Positions 29,847-39,428 are shown, numbered from the whole stretch's first letter. The stretch: DNA of 59,138 bases, filler included, from Nitrospinae bacterium RIFCSPLOWO2_12_FULL_45_22 (GCA_001803565.1; 6 parts of 6 records of this genome joined end to end with filler, not necessarily neighbours in it), one strand, 5' to 3'. A program made the numbers and translations. Notes: generated by a model not told the origin, from the sequence alone.

Positions 29847-30737
29847 CTATTCAACAATTATATCCCCGACGGCTATCTCAGTGCTGGAATGGCTAATAAC
29901 AGCCGTAGAGGTCTTTTCTTGCACGGCTATTATCCTTAACATACCGATCTGGCTTTCTGTCGCAGAATTTAACCGGTCAGGATGCTGGATATTAAAAGTA
30001 TCACCTACTGCTATCGCGTTCGCTTTACCCTGGTCTATATAGACAATATCTCCCTGAGTGGCAAACCGCTTTTCATCCTTTATAGCCACAATATAGCCGG
30101 TCACTCCTTCTCCCTCTTTTCTTCCTGAAGTAGTTTCTTCCTGTCCAGCGCCTCCCTGGGTAAGGGGTATAACCCGGTCGCCTTTAAAGATGGCGTTGTC
30201 ATACATATCTGTTATAATGGCAGTAGAAGTTTTATCGCTGGCTTCAGTAATGCGGAGCTTCCCTATTACTTTTATTAAATTGCCCAGTTTTTCTTTAGTT
30301 ACCGGGTGGATAATTAATTTTACTACCCGAAATACCCGTAATTGATCGCCAGGCTTAATTCCCTGTCCGCTCCCGCTATCCAAAAACACTATATCCCCTT
30401 CTCCCAGGATTTCGCTATCTCCCTTGGAGCCATAGATACTATAGTAGGGCAGTGCGGCGCTGGTGATATGTCCCCCTTGTTCGGCTAGAACCGCTAACTT
30501 CTTTGGCTCGAGAAAGCTGCCCTGGGCATAAAGGTTCATGGCCTCTATGGCGCTTAGTAGCGCCAGGAACAAGACCCAATAAATAATCCGAAAGGGGGTA
30601 TTCACTTGACTCCAGTAAGAAGGTTTATCATACAACATCTTGTGTAACAAAGAGAGATAGCATGCCATATTTTGTAGCAACTTGAGTCAAGTGAATACCC
30701 CCTTAATCCGATATCCAGGATCAATACGTTTCATCAT
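29847..30737 (-). CDS. Exported protein with two FlgT-C-like beta domains; 5' end interrupted by a MITE
   Basis: Two GDIV(F/Y)(L/I)DxG...GxLRI...KTSTA repeats; ancestral start MMKRIDPGYRIIYW is rebuilt by removing 30594-30702 plus one TSD. Confidence 0.7.
30594..30702. mobile_element. MITE, 109 bp
   Basis: IR GGGGGTATTCACTTGACTC / GAGTCAAGTGAATACCCCC; flanks ATAATCCGAAA and TTAATCCGATA. Confidence 0.85.
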
Positions 30738-30745
30738 TTGTATAT

Positions 30746-30904
30746 TTAGGACGCAGATTTCCGCAGATTCACGCAGATAATTAGAATACAGGAGTCAGGA
30801 GTTAGAATCCAGAAGAGGAGTAGATTGTTCCGCTCATTCTGACTTCTGCCTGCCTGTGCCGAAGGCAGACAGGAATTCTGACTACTGACTCCTGTATTCC
30901 CTAA
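30746..30904 (+). repeat. Composite intergenic repeat with an inverted copy at 34424-34565
   Basis: GAATACAGGAGTCAG arms around CCTGCCTGTGCCGAAGGCAGACAGG. Confidence 0.85.
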
Positions 30905-31096
30905 GAATCTGTCACAAAATAACTTGATCAATTGTATTGTATAGGAGTTTCCTTTTTTAGTGTAAGAAGAGGAGATATGGGGATGGTAGGGATAGGGAGA
31001 TTTATATATAATTCTTTTTATCTCCAACATCTCCTTTATCCTCTTATCTCCTTGTCTTACACATTTAACTTGATCAAGTTATTGCGTAGCAATGCC
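30905..31096. mobile_element. MITE with TAA target duplication, long form
   Basis: Ends GAATCTGTCACAAAATAACTTGATCAA / TTGATCAAGTTATTGCGTAGCAATGCC; copies at 34343-34423 and 36917-37061. Confidence 0.85.
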
Positions 31097-31124
31097 TAAG
31101 CAGTATATTTTATATTATTTAAGT

Positions 31125-31544
31125 TTAGAGGTCTAGTTTTTTTAGAAATTCTTTCAGCCCTTCAGTTAAATTACACTTATCTAACTTATCTAGAGGGAAC
31201 CAACCTGCCTCGGTTACATCAGACCCTGCCCTTAATGCACCCTTCAGGTAACGGGCAGTATAATCAATAATTATGTAATGATATTTTATCTTTCCCTCAT
31301 CATCTCTTATTACCCGCTCTACTATGCCAGCCAGGTATTGGATTTCTACTTTGATCCCACATTCTTCAAAGACCTCCCTACGAACCGCATCCTCTAAGGA
31401 CTCTCCTAACTCTACTATACCACCAGGCAGGGTCCACTGTCCTGCCCCGGGTTCATTCCCCCGCTTTATCAGAAGGATTTCCCCTCCTTCTATTATTACT
31501 GCCCCTACACCGATAATAGGTAGTTGTGGATATTTTCTAGACAT
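31125..31544 (-). CDS. Nudix hydrolase
   Basis: PGGIVELGESLEDAVRREVFEECG Nudix box. Confidence 0.93.
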   Translation of the reverse strand: MSRKYPQLPIIGVGAVIIEGGEILLIKRGNEPGAGQWTLPGGIVELGESLEDAVRREVFEECGIKVEIQYLAGIVERVIRDDEGKIKYHYIIIDYTARYLKGALRAGSDVTEAGWFPLDKLDKCNLTEGLKEFLKKLDL

Positions 31545-33081
31545 AAGCCTGAGGTGTTGTAGTTGTTATGAAGGATAGGAATTCACAGCCCTCACAGCTC
31601 CCACCCCGTTCTGTACAATAGTCATAGAAGAGATGGAGTAGGGCTTGCTGTCGCCGGGCAGAATGGATCAAAGCCCGTCTCTCTTTATTCCCACCAAATA
31701 TCCTGTTAGTCATAAACCGAAGGATAGAGTTATCAGGCGCTTTAGGGGCGGTTTCATATATATTGTGAAGAACCTTTTCTAATTCTACTTCCCGGTTACG
31801 CCGGGCATGAATGAGGGCTAAAGGGATAATCACATTGATTATAATTTGGTGGATCTTTTCTGGGCCAATAAGTTTTATGGGCTTAGCTAAGGGCCTCCCG
31901 CCCAGGGTAAAGCGATAGAGCCAATAATCAGCATAATTGGCGCCCCATAGTTGTTGATAGGCCGGGAAAATGGCCGAATAATGACTGGCCCCGGGAGTAA
32001 GAGGAGTTTTACGCAAGGTTTCTATAGGGTAAAGGAGTTGGGCAAATATACCTTTCGGAAGATTTTCTGTCAGGAAATAAGCCAGGCCAGCTAATCTTCT
32101 GGGGGGATAATTAGCTGGCCTGGTTCCTACTAGCCTCCAACTCACATCTTCTGGCTTTACCTGAGGGACAAAACCATTTACCTCTTGCCATACCCGCTCT
32201 ATTTTATGAAGATATTTTGAGGTAGCTGGCTCCGGCGACCTCATGACTACCCGGTTGCCCGCCAGTATAATCCAACCGCCAGCAATCAAAAAGATGCCCT
32301 GGAGTCTCAAGGCATCTTCAGCTACAGAAGAGCCTTTAAGCACCTTCTTCAATATATCTAACCGTAAATCTTTAGCCAGTTTCAAGAAGGGTTTCTGGTT
32401 AGCTTTATAGCCCAGGGCCATCATGATTCCTTGATAAGCCAGTTGATCAAAACCCTCTTTTATCAATTCTTTTTCGTACCTGAGGGCCTTTAAGACTATC
32501 CTCTCATCCCCTACTAAATCCAGTACCTGGCTGATCTTTTGCGGGTCCTCTTGCTGGATCATGGAACTACAATGGCCCTGCCCACCACGGCAATAATAGG
32601 GATAAAGCTCCGGCTCTATGCTTTCTAAGAGCTGAGAAATATTGCTGCCTAAAACCCGGTTCAATTCCAACTCTACTATCTCCTGCCCGACAGAATTAAA
32701 AATTTTTCGGCCCTTAAGGCCCTTTTGCCAGACGACATGCAAGACAACCCCATTAAAAGCTGGGTCCTGGTGATGTCCGTGTCCTTTCCAATCGTTAGAA
32801 TGGAGGTCTATCTCTATATCTCCTTTAAGGATGATATTATCATCCAGACATATCACGGCCTTAGAAAAATCCGGCCCCTTTTCAAGATTCCACCAGCCCG
32901 GTGTGATCACCTTTATCCTATGACCATCCACGGTCTCCAGGGGGATATTTTCCAGGTATTGGTCCTGCCATAGGCAGCGTAAGAAGCGTTCAGTAACTTT
33001 ATCCTGGCCAAAATGCTCTCCCTGTTCTCTTAAACACCATTCCCAGGGCCACCGTTGCTTTCTCTTCAACATTTTATACAT
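31537..33081 (-). CDS. DUF2851 family protein
   Basis: PGWWN..GPDF, GDIEID..DW..HGH..DP, VVLHVV, RPANYPPRRLA. Confidence 0.85.
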   Translation of the reverse strand: MYKMLKRKQRWPWEWCLREQGEHFGQDKVTERFLRCLWQDQYLENIPLETVDGHRIKVITPGWWNLEKGPDFSKAVICLDDNIILKGDIEIDLHSNDWKGHGHHQDPAFNGVVLHVVWQKGLKGRKIFNSVGQEIVELELNRVLGSNISQLLESIEPELYPYYCRGGQGHCSSMIQQEDPQKISQVLDLVGDERIVLKALRYEKELIKEGFDQLAYQGIMMALGYKANQKPFLKLAKDLRLDILKKVLKGSSVAEDALRLQGIFLIAGGWIILAGNRVVMRSPEPATSKYLHKIERVWQEVNGFVPQVKPEDVSWRLVGTRPANYPPRRLAGLAYFLTENLPKGIFAQLLYPIETLRKTPLTPGASHYSAIFPAYQQLWGANYADYWLYRFTLGGRPLAKPIKLIGPEKIHQIIINVIIPLALIHARRNREVELEKVLHNIYETAPKAPDNSILRFMTNRIFGGNKERRALIHSARRQQALLHLFYDYCTERGGSCEGCEFLSFITTTTPQAYV

Positions 33082-33191
33082 TTACCATTTACCCTTTTGC
33101 TGCTTGCTTCTATCACGGGCTTTTATTATACTAGAAACGTAACAGTTTAGCCAAATTAAGATTGCAGTTAACATTCAGTAGGAGAAATATT

Positions 33192-33338
33192 TGCCACAGA
33201 GACACAGAGGCACTGAGATAAACGAAATGACACACAAAGGGAAGCTAAAAGTGTAAAGCTAAGGAATATTTCCTTAGTTTTGCACTTTTTGCTTTAAGCT
33301 TTACATTTAGTCTCTGTGGCTCTGTGCCTCTGTGGCTA
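33192..33338. repeat. Nested palindromic element with nonamer-repeat arms
   Basis: GCCACAGAGACACAGAGGCACTGAG ... CTCTGTGGCTCTGTGCCTCTGTGGC around an inner GCTAAAAGTGTAAAGC/GCTTTACATTTAG repeat. Confidence 0.7.
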
Positions 33339-33357
33339 AAGAGTTAAAGGGTTAGAG

Positions 33358-34290
33358 ATGTTAGGCATATCAACGGCCTGGAAGTCTAAAGAAGTTGCGA
33401 CAGGAGATGAATTGCTGAAGGCCCTGGATGAGATAGGGATAAACCAGACCGAACTAGATTTCCGAATAACATCTCCCATCTTCCAGCAGCTCCTGCCCTC
33501 TATAAAACAAGGCCGGCTCAAAGTCCTTAGTGTCCATAATTATTTTCCTTTACCGGATATTATCCCTTTGGACAAGGCTAATGCCGACACCTTCCCTCTT
33601 TCCTCTCTGGATGAAGCTGAACGACGGCAAGGGATCCATTATACTATGAAGACAGTTCAGGTAGCCCATGAAATAGGGGCCAGGGCGGTAGTAGTCCATC
33701 TAGGCAGAGTAGATATGGGCTTCCAGAAAAAATACTATCACCAACTCTATGATAGCGATAAACTCAGGGGAGAGAAAGGCCAATTATTCCTGAAAGACCA
33801 GAAAAAAGTCCGGGAAATATATAAACCGAGACATTTAGATGAATTATTTGATAGCCTGGAAAAGGTCCTTAAAGAGGCCGAGAAACTCCGGATTCCTATT
33901 GGGATAGAGAACCGGCTCCATCTTAATGAGATACCGAATTTTGATGAGATAGGGCTGTTGCTAAAAAAATTTTCCGGTAGCCCCCTCTATTATTGGCATG
34001 ATACCGGGCATGCCGCAGTTCAAGAGAACTTAACCATCGTTGAGCAAAAGGCATTACTGGAGGCTTATTCGTCTTCTCTATTAGGGGTTCATTTGCACGA
34101 TACCAGGGACTATGAGGACCACCTGGCACCGGGCAGAGGAACGATAAACTTTTCCTCCCTCCTGCCCTTTATAAAAGATGGCGCCCAGCGGGTACCCGGA
34201 CCCATCATTAAAATAGTGGAGGCACATCCCAAAGTATCCCGGGAAGAACTGCTAACGGGTATAGATTATTTAACCAGCTTAGGGCTATAA
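33358..34290 (+). CDS. Xylose isomerase-like/AP endonuclease 2 TIM-barrel protein
   Basis: SVHN, VVHLG, IENR, HDTGH, HLHD, DHLAPG. Confidence 0.85.
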   Translation: MLGISTAWKSKEVATGDELLKALDEIGINQTELDFRITSPIFQQLLPSIKQGRLKVLSVHNYFPLPDIIPLDKANADTFPLSSLDEAERRQGIHYTMKTVQVAHEIGARAVVVHLGRVDMGFQKKYYHQLYDSDKLRGEKGQLFLKDQKKVREIYKPRHLDELFDSLEKVLKEAEKLRIPIGIENRLHLNEIPNFDEIGLLLKKFSGSPLYYWHDTGHAAVQENLTIVEQKALLEAYSSSLLGVHLHDTRDYEDHLAPGRGTINFSSLLPFIKDGAQRVPGPIIKIVEAHPKVSREELLTGIDYLTSLGL

Positions 34291-34342
34291 TTAACTTGAG
34301 CACATTAGGAATTATCTTTTCGGACGCAGCTTATACTGCTTA

Positions 34343-34423
34343 GAATCTGTCACAAAATAACTTGATCAATTGTATTGTATAGGAGTCTCCTTTAACTTGA
34401 TCAAGTTATTGCGTAGCAATGCC
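34343..34423. mobile_element. MITE, short 81-bp form, TTA-flanked
   Basis: Same termini as 30905-31096. Confidence 0.85.
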
Positions 34424-34592
34424 TTAGGGAATACAGGAGTCAGAATTCCTGTCTGCCTTCGGCACAGGCAGGCAGAAGTCAGTAGGAACGGAACAATCTA
34501 CTCCTCTTCTGGATTCTGACTCCTGACTCCTGTATTCTAGTTATCTGCGTTAATCTGCGTCCTAATTAAATAAGATTATAAAGGGGCCATTA

Positions 34593-35519
34593 ATGGAACA
34601 AGACCTGGCATTAGAGAGTGTACGGGTGACCGAGGCAGCGGCATTGGCCTGTGCGCGATTAATGGGACAGGGTGATGAGCACTTAGCGTATTATAGCGCG
34701 GTAGAGGCCATGAGCAAAGCCTTGAAAAATTTGCCTATAAAAGGAACTATTGCTATCGGTGCCGGTGAACCAGAGGATAGCCCACAGTTATATGGGGGCG
34801 AACAGATTGGTAGCGGTGACTTTCCCGAGGTAGAGATCGCATTAAATCCCCTGGAAGGGACTACTATCTGTGCTACTGGGGGGCCTAATTCTATCTCCGT
34901 GGTAGCCATAGGTAAGAAAGGCTCCTTCTTCCCCTGCCCAGATGTCTATATGGAGAAGATAGCAGTAGGGCCTAAAGCCCGGGGTGTTATAGATTTGAAC
35001 CTCTCCCCAGCCGAAAATCTCAAAAACATTGCTGATGCCCTGGGTTGTTATATTGAGGATTTGACTGTAGTGATCTTGAACCGCCCCCGACACCAGGAGC
35101 TCATTCAACAAGTACGGGGAGCCGGCGCCCGGATAAAGCTGATTGGTGATGGTGATGTATCGGCCGCAATAGCTACTGCCTTGAAAGGTTCCGGGGTGGA
35201 TATCCTGATGGGTATTGGTGGGGCTAAACAAGGGGTATTAGCTGCTGCTGCCCTAAAATGCCTGAAAGGGGACATTCAGGGAAGGCTCTGCCCCCAGCCA
35301 GGGAGCGATATTCCTGGCCCTTACCTGGATAAAGTGCTGACTATAGATGATCTGGTAAAAGGAGAAAATATAAGTTTTGCTGCTACTGGTATTACTGACG
35401 GCGACATGCTTAAAGGGGTGAGGTTTTTTAGTGGGGGTGCCCACACTTATTCCCTGGTTATGTCCTCCCAATACCGCACCATCCGCTTCATAGAAACCGA
35501 CCATTACCTCCCTTATTAG
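34593..35519 (+). CDS. glpX: GlpX (class II FBPase) homologue with degenerate metal ligands
   Basis: RVTEAAA, PLEGT, YMEKI, RPRH, DGDV, AATGITDG. Confidence 0.88.
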   Translation: MEQDLALESVRVTEAAALACARLMGQGDEHLAYYSAVEAMSKALKNLPIKGTIAIGAGEPEDSPQLYGGEQIGSGDFPEVEIALNPLEGTTICATGGPNSISVVAIGKKGSFFPCPDVYMEKIAVGPKARGVIDLNLSPAENLKNIADALGCYIEDLTVVILNRPRHQELIQQVRGAGARIKLIGDGDVSAAIATALKGSGVDILMGIGGAKQGVLAAAALKCLKGDIQGRLCPQPGSDIPGPYLDKVLTIDDLVKGENISFAATGITDGDMLKGVRFFSGGAHTYSLVMSSQYRTIRFIETDHYLPY

Positions 35520-35523
35520 CCTT

Positions 35524-35663
35524 GTAAGCGTTCAGTCGTCAGCTATCAGCGGTCAGCAAGACAAGGAAAAACAACAACTTATGTATAAACACCTGTCTTG
35601 GGAAGAGCGGGTTATTTCTTGTATTCTTTTGTTTTAACTGAAGGCTGATAGCTGAACGCTTAC
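35524..35663. mobile_element. MITE with perfect 8-bp TSD
   Basis: IR GTAAGCGTTCAG / CTGAACGCTTAC; TTAGCCTT on both sides; related ends at about 9111 and 51624. Confidence 0.88.
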
Positions 35664-35670
35664 TTAGCCT

Positions 35671-36792
35671 TTAGCCCTCAAGGCTTTCCAGGAATGCCTG
35701 TACCCGCGTCTTCATCTGCCCCATACCAGCCATAGAATATTCCCGGTCTAGCCCTAAAATAGGCAACCCTAACTCGGCTAGATAGGCCTTAGCCATGGGG
35801 TAATAGACCCCATAAATATCACAGAATTTTATGGTTTCATAGATAGCCCCGGCTACCCGGAAGCGCTCTACCATCTCTTTCAAATGCCTTTTCCTGTTAG
35901 TATCAGGCCTGATCCGGGGACATGGGGCATTGGTCAGGTAACGTCTGGCTAATGCCCGGATAGGGTCTTGCTCCGGTACTACCGGGTTCCAGAAATACCG
36001 GGAGCCTACACAAAGATCATCGGCTACAATCAAGGCCCCTGACTCTTCTACTAGCTTCAGATAATCAGGATTATCCAGCTCACTACCCAGTACCATTAGC
36101 CTTATCCGATGGTCTGTATCTGCTTTTGGGGGAGAAATTTCTTTTAAAAATCCTTCCAGCAAGGCATTAAACTCTTCTTTAGGCATAATCATTGCCGCTT
36201 TTACTATTTCTAAAGTCTCGGCACCAGTGATGGGGGGAGTATCGGCTGTCCGCAGTTCATAGAGCTGGCGTAAGAGCTTTCGGGTCTGGTTATGCACTTC
36301 TATTGATTTATTTAGGGCCTCATCAGTGATGGTTTGTCCAGTAAAGCCCTCTACTTTTTCTTTGAAGCTCTTTAATTGCTGGGTATAGAAATCTAAGGTA
36401 GGATCGTCCACTTTATGGGGTAGACTGATTATATGGGTAAAAGGAGGTTTTATATACTGGCGCCAGACATCGAATAGCCTCCGGATATGGTCGCAGGTAT
36501 TGGCCACTACAAAACCATCAAGAAACGCATAATTGTTAGTTAGGGCCTCTTCCAGACAGCTCCGGACAAATGAACAGGCATTGGTATATAGATGAGCATC
36601 AGCCAACGGCGTCCGCTCGGCCCCACCCATAACCCGCACCGGCAGGATACCGGCAGAAGCCAGTATCTCTTCCGGTACATAGAGACACATCCAGCCTATA
36701 ATTTTCTGCCCCTGCCCCTGCCTCCCCTTTAAATTCCGGTATCTATTTACATAAGCTTCCCTAAATCTCTCCATCATCGCCCATCCTCCCAA
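35671..36792 (-). CDS. 2-hydroxyacyl-CoA dehydratase/benzoyl-CoA reductase-type subunit
   Basis: YVPEEI, CSFVRS, TCD..RR, DDLCVG.R, KFCD, TRVQAFLE; start uncertain. Confidence 0.88.
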   Translation of the reverse strand: MGGWAMMERFREAYVNRYRNLKGRQGQGQKIIGWMCLYVPEEILASAGILPVRVMGGAERTPLADAHLYTNACSFVRSCLEEALTNNYAFLDGFVVANTCDHIRRLFDVWRQYIKPPFTHIISLPHKVDDPTLDFYTQQLKSFKEKVEGFTGQTITDEALNKSIEVHNQTRKLLRQLYELRTADTPPITGAETLEIVKAAMIMPKEEFNALLEGFLKEISPPKADTDHRIRLMVLGSELDNPDYLKLVEESGALIVADDLCVGSRYFWNPVVPEQDPIRALARRYLTNAPCPRIRPDTNRKRHLKEMVERFRVAGAIYETIKFCDIYGVYYPMAKAYLAELGLPILGLDREYSMAGMGQMKTRVQAFLESLEG

Positions 36793-36916
36793 AGCTTGAT
36801 CCTAAAAATCTCTGTTAATGACAATATTTTAATATCTTTTTCCCCTTAAAATAGCTTTTCCTAATCTTACTGTCAATAAGAAATAATCTGGGGTTTCCCC
36901 AAAATTTTATTACTAA

Positions 36917-37061
36917 GAATCTGTCACAAAATAACTTGATCAATTGTATTGTATAGGAGTTTCCTTTTTTAGTGTAAGAAGAGGAGATATGGGGATGGTG
37001 GGGATAGGGAGATTTATATATAATTCTTTTTATCTCCAACATCTCCTTTATTCTCTTATCT
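36917..37061. mobile_element. MITE long form, truncated by contig end
   Basis: Near-identical to 30905-31049. Confidence 0.8.
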
Positions 37062-37162
37062 NNNNNNNNNNNNNNNNNNNNNNNNNNNNNNNNNNNNNNN
37101 NNNNNTTAATTAATTAANNNNNNNNNNNNNNNNNNNNNNNNNNNNNNNNNNNNNNNNNNNNC

Positions 37163-37348
37163 TTGCCTATAACCTATTCTTTAGAGGGTATGAGGTTAGC
37201 GCTACTTAAGGGTCATTCCCTAAATGCTTTATTGCCGAATCTGCTTGCTCTATCTATATTCACATTGGTGCTGCTACCCTTAAGTATCATGTCCTTCCAG
37301 TGGGCGGTAAGGAAAGCCAAGCTCCAGGGCACCCTTACGCATTATTAA
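37163..37348 (+). CDS. ABC-2 type permease C-terminus, truncated
   Basis: LPITYSLEGMRLALL, TM helix, AVRKAKLQGTLTHY. Confidence 0.75.
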   Translation: MPITYSLEGMRLALLKGHSLNALLPNLLALSIFTLVLLPLSIMSFQWAVRKAKLQGTLTHY

Positions 37349-37351
37349 TTT

Positions 37352-37457
37352 GGGTGTGGCTATTTTCTGTCACAAAAACCCGTAACTCAACCCTGGTTGA
37401 CCAATTAGGGCTAAAGCCCTGAGTTACACCTACTTATGACAAAGAATAGCCACACCC
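37352..37457. mobile_element. MITE with 9-bp TSD containing a REP-like palindrome (37382-37427)
   Basis: IR GGGTGTGGCTATT / AATAGCCACACCC; flanks TATTAATTT and TATTGATTT. Confidence 0.8.
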
Positions 37458-37582
37458 TATTGATTTCATTGAGGTTTGGCCATGTTGTTCAGTACCTTCC
37501 GTGGTAAAAATTAAGAAAAATGGGTAAAGGGGGGAAAGGAATGACCTTAAATACCAGGGATAAATGAAAAAAGGAGGGGATA

Positions 37583-37744
37583 ATGAATAAAAAATCAGAT
37601 AATAGCAAAAAAGATAGGAAGCACTATCATAAGCCTCAGCTAACCAGGATTAGATTGGTTATCGAGGAGGCAAGATGGGAAACCTGTAAACCTGCTCCTG
37701 ATTGTGTAAGTCACGGACCAATAACGCGTAATCCTGGGTCTTAG
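37583..37744 (+). CDS. Putative RiPP precursor, 53 aa: MNKKSDNSKKDRKHYHKPQLTRIRLVIEEARWETCKPAPDCVSHGPITRNPGS
   Basis: AAGGAGG RBS; YxKPxL RRE-type leader motif; stop 6 nt before the first enzyme gene; below the ORF-track cutoff. Confidence 0.85.
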   Translation: MNKKSDNSKKDRKHYHKPQLTRIRLVIEEARWETCKPAPDCVSHGPITRNPGS

Positions 37745-37750
37745 CTAATA

Positions 37751-38659
37751 TTGAAGGAATTAAAGCTAGAAATCGGTGGTATTACCATCCGGGTTGCCTC
37801 GGCTAAGAATCTGTATTTAAAGGTTGACCCGGCCCATGAGCTTTTCCTTGTTCAAGATACTCAATGCGATTTTATCTTGCAGGTAAATTCCCCCCCTGCC
37901 CCTAATTGGCAATCAAAAGAAGTAATCTATCTTTCTAAAGGACTGTGGAGCCTCTATCGTATTGAAGGGAAATTCTTAATTATCCTTTGCTCTCCAGCGC
38001 CGGGTTCTTTTCCTTACCAGGCCGTTATATTCGATGAAGGCCTTAAAGACGGTGAATTATACATCCAACCAACAAATAATTATTCTGTCTTCGATTTACC
38101 ACCCCCAACACTTACGACAACTCCCATATTGATTAACCCTTTTACCTATCCCCTGGAAGAGCTACTGATGGTTATGCTCCTCTCTAGGCGATCAGGATTA
38201 ATCATCCATGCCTGCGGAATTAACTATAATGGCCGGGGAATACTGTTTGCCGGTACCTCCGGGGCAGGAAAGAGTACTCTGGCTAATATCTGTGGGGGAA
38301 AAGATATGTCATTACTCAGTGATGACCGGATCATCGTGCGCTCGATTGGGGATCGTTTCTGGATGTATGGCACTCCCTGGCACGGAGATGCCAGGGCTTG
38401 TTCACCCGAGAGGGTACCCCTGGAGAAGATATATTTGCTAAGGCATGACTATGAGAACCAGATAGTCCCTTTGCCGATAATGGATGCAGCATCCAGGTTA
38501 CTTGTATGTTCTTTCCCTCCATTTTATGAAAAGAGGGGCATGGAAGATACCTTAGACCTTTTGGAGCGCCTGGTCAAACATGTAGCCGTTTTTGAATTAA
38601 GATTTGTCCCGGATGATAGTGTTCTAGCATCAATTAAGGATCATTTAAAAAATGAATGA
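37751..38659 (+). CDS. HPr-kinase-like P-loop protein, putative peptide kinase
   Basis: IHACG, GTSGAGKST Walker A, LSDDR, YGTPWHG. Confidence 0.8.
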   Translation: MKELKLEIGGITIRVASAKNLYLKVDPAHELFLVQDTQCDFILQVNSPPAPNWQSKEVIYLSKGLWSLYRIEGKFLIILCSPAPGSFPYQAVIFDEGLKDGELYIQPTNNYSVFDLPPPTLTTTPILINPFTYPLEELLMVMLLSRRSGLIIHACGINYNGRGILFAGTSGAGKSTLANICGGKDMSLLSDDRIIVRSIGDRFWMYGTPWHGDARACSPERVPLEKIYLLRHDYENQIVPLPIMDAASRLLVCSFPPFYEKRGMEDTLDLLERLVKHVAVFELRFVPDDSVLASIKDHLKNE

Positions 38660-39125
38660 ATTAGTTAGACCTGGTCAGGATGGGGCTATTATGGAGTTGG
38701 TGAAAGAGCTTCTATTAAATGGAAAAATGATCCGTGCCCGCACCGAAGGGAAAAGTATGTATCCCTGCATACGGGAAGGGGATTATGTTACTGTCAAACC
38801 TGTAAGGTATGAAGAAGCCAGGATAGGGGATATCCTGGCTTATGAGCGAGATCCGGGTATTCTCACGGCACACCGTCTACTCAGGAAAAATTCCTATCTC
38901 ATCACCAAAGGTGATGCTAATATAAGCCCCTTTTATGATCCGCCTATATCTCCGGAAGCCCTCCTGGGTAAGATAATAAAGATTGAACGTGCTGGAAGGG
39001 TAATCCAGATGGAAAAGCCGATCTACCGGATAAAGGGATATATCATTGCTTATCTCCTTATCTGCAGGGCAAAATATCTATATTATAAGGGATTAGGCAT
39101 GTGGTTTAACAATCTGGTATTATAG
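38652..39125 (+). CDS. S24/S26-family peptidase
   Basis: GKSMYPCIREGD, AHRL, ITKGDAN. Confidence 0.85.
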   Translation: MNELVRPGQDGAIMELVKELLLNGKMIRARTEGKSMYPCIREGDYVTVKPVRYEEARIGDILAYERDPGILTAHRLLRKNSYLITKGDANISPFYDPPISPEALLGKIIKIERAGRVIQMEKPIYRIKGYIIAYLLICRAKYLYYKGLGMWFNNLVL

Positions 39126-39134
39126 AGGGAATAT

Positions 39135-39428
39135 ATGTGCTATTTGGAAAAATGTTACCAGAAGGATCCAAATATTGTCTTTCGTAGGATAGCGGATGAG
39201 GTTATACTGGTACCCATCCGGCAGGATGTGGCCGACATGGAATCTATCTATACCTTGAATGAAGTAGGCTCTTTTATCTGGGAAATCATCGAAAGTCAAA
39301 GGACTGTCGCACAGATAAAGGAATTGATCATAGCGGAATTTGAAGTGGACCCGGAAACAGCTGAGTTTGACCTAATAGAGTTTCTGGTGCAATTGGAAGC
39401 GGCAGGGGTGCTTGAGGAGCTTAAGTAA
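39135..39428 (+). CDS. PqqD-family RiPP recognition element
   Basis: IVFRRIADEVILVP, YTLNEVGSFIWE, EFEVDPETAEFDLIEFL. Confidence 0.92.
   Translation: MCYLEKCYQKDPNIVFRRIADEVILVPIRQDVADMESIYTLNEVGSFIWEIIESQRTVAQIKELIIAEFEVDPETAEFDLIEFLVQLEAAGVLEELK

Noticed and set aside
30746-31030. Two near-identical small ORFs MLEIKRIIYKSPY (also 36815-37042)
   Set aside because: Both lie within copies of the same MITE; not evidence of a gene family.
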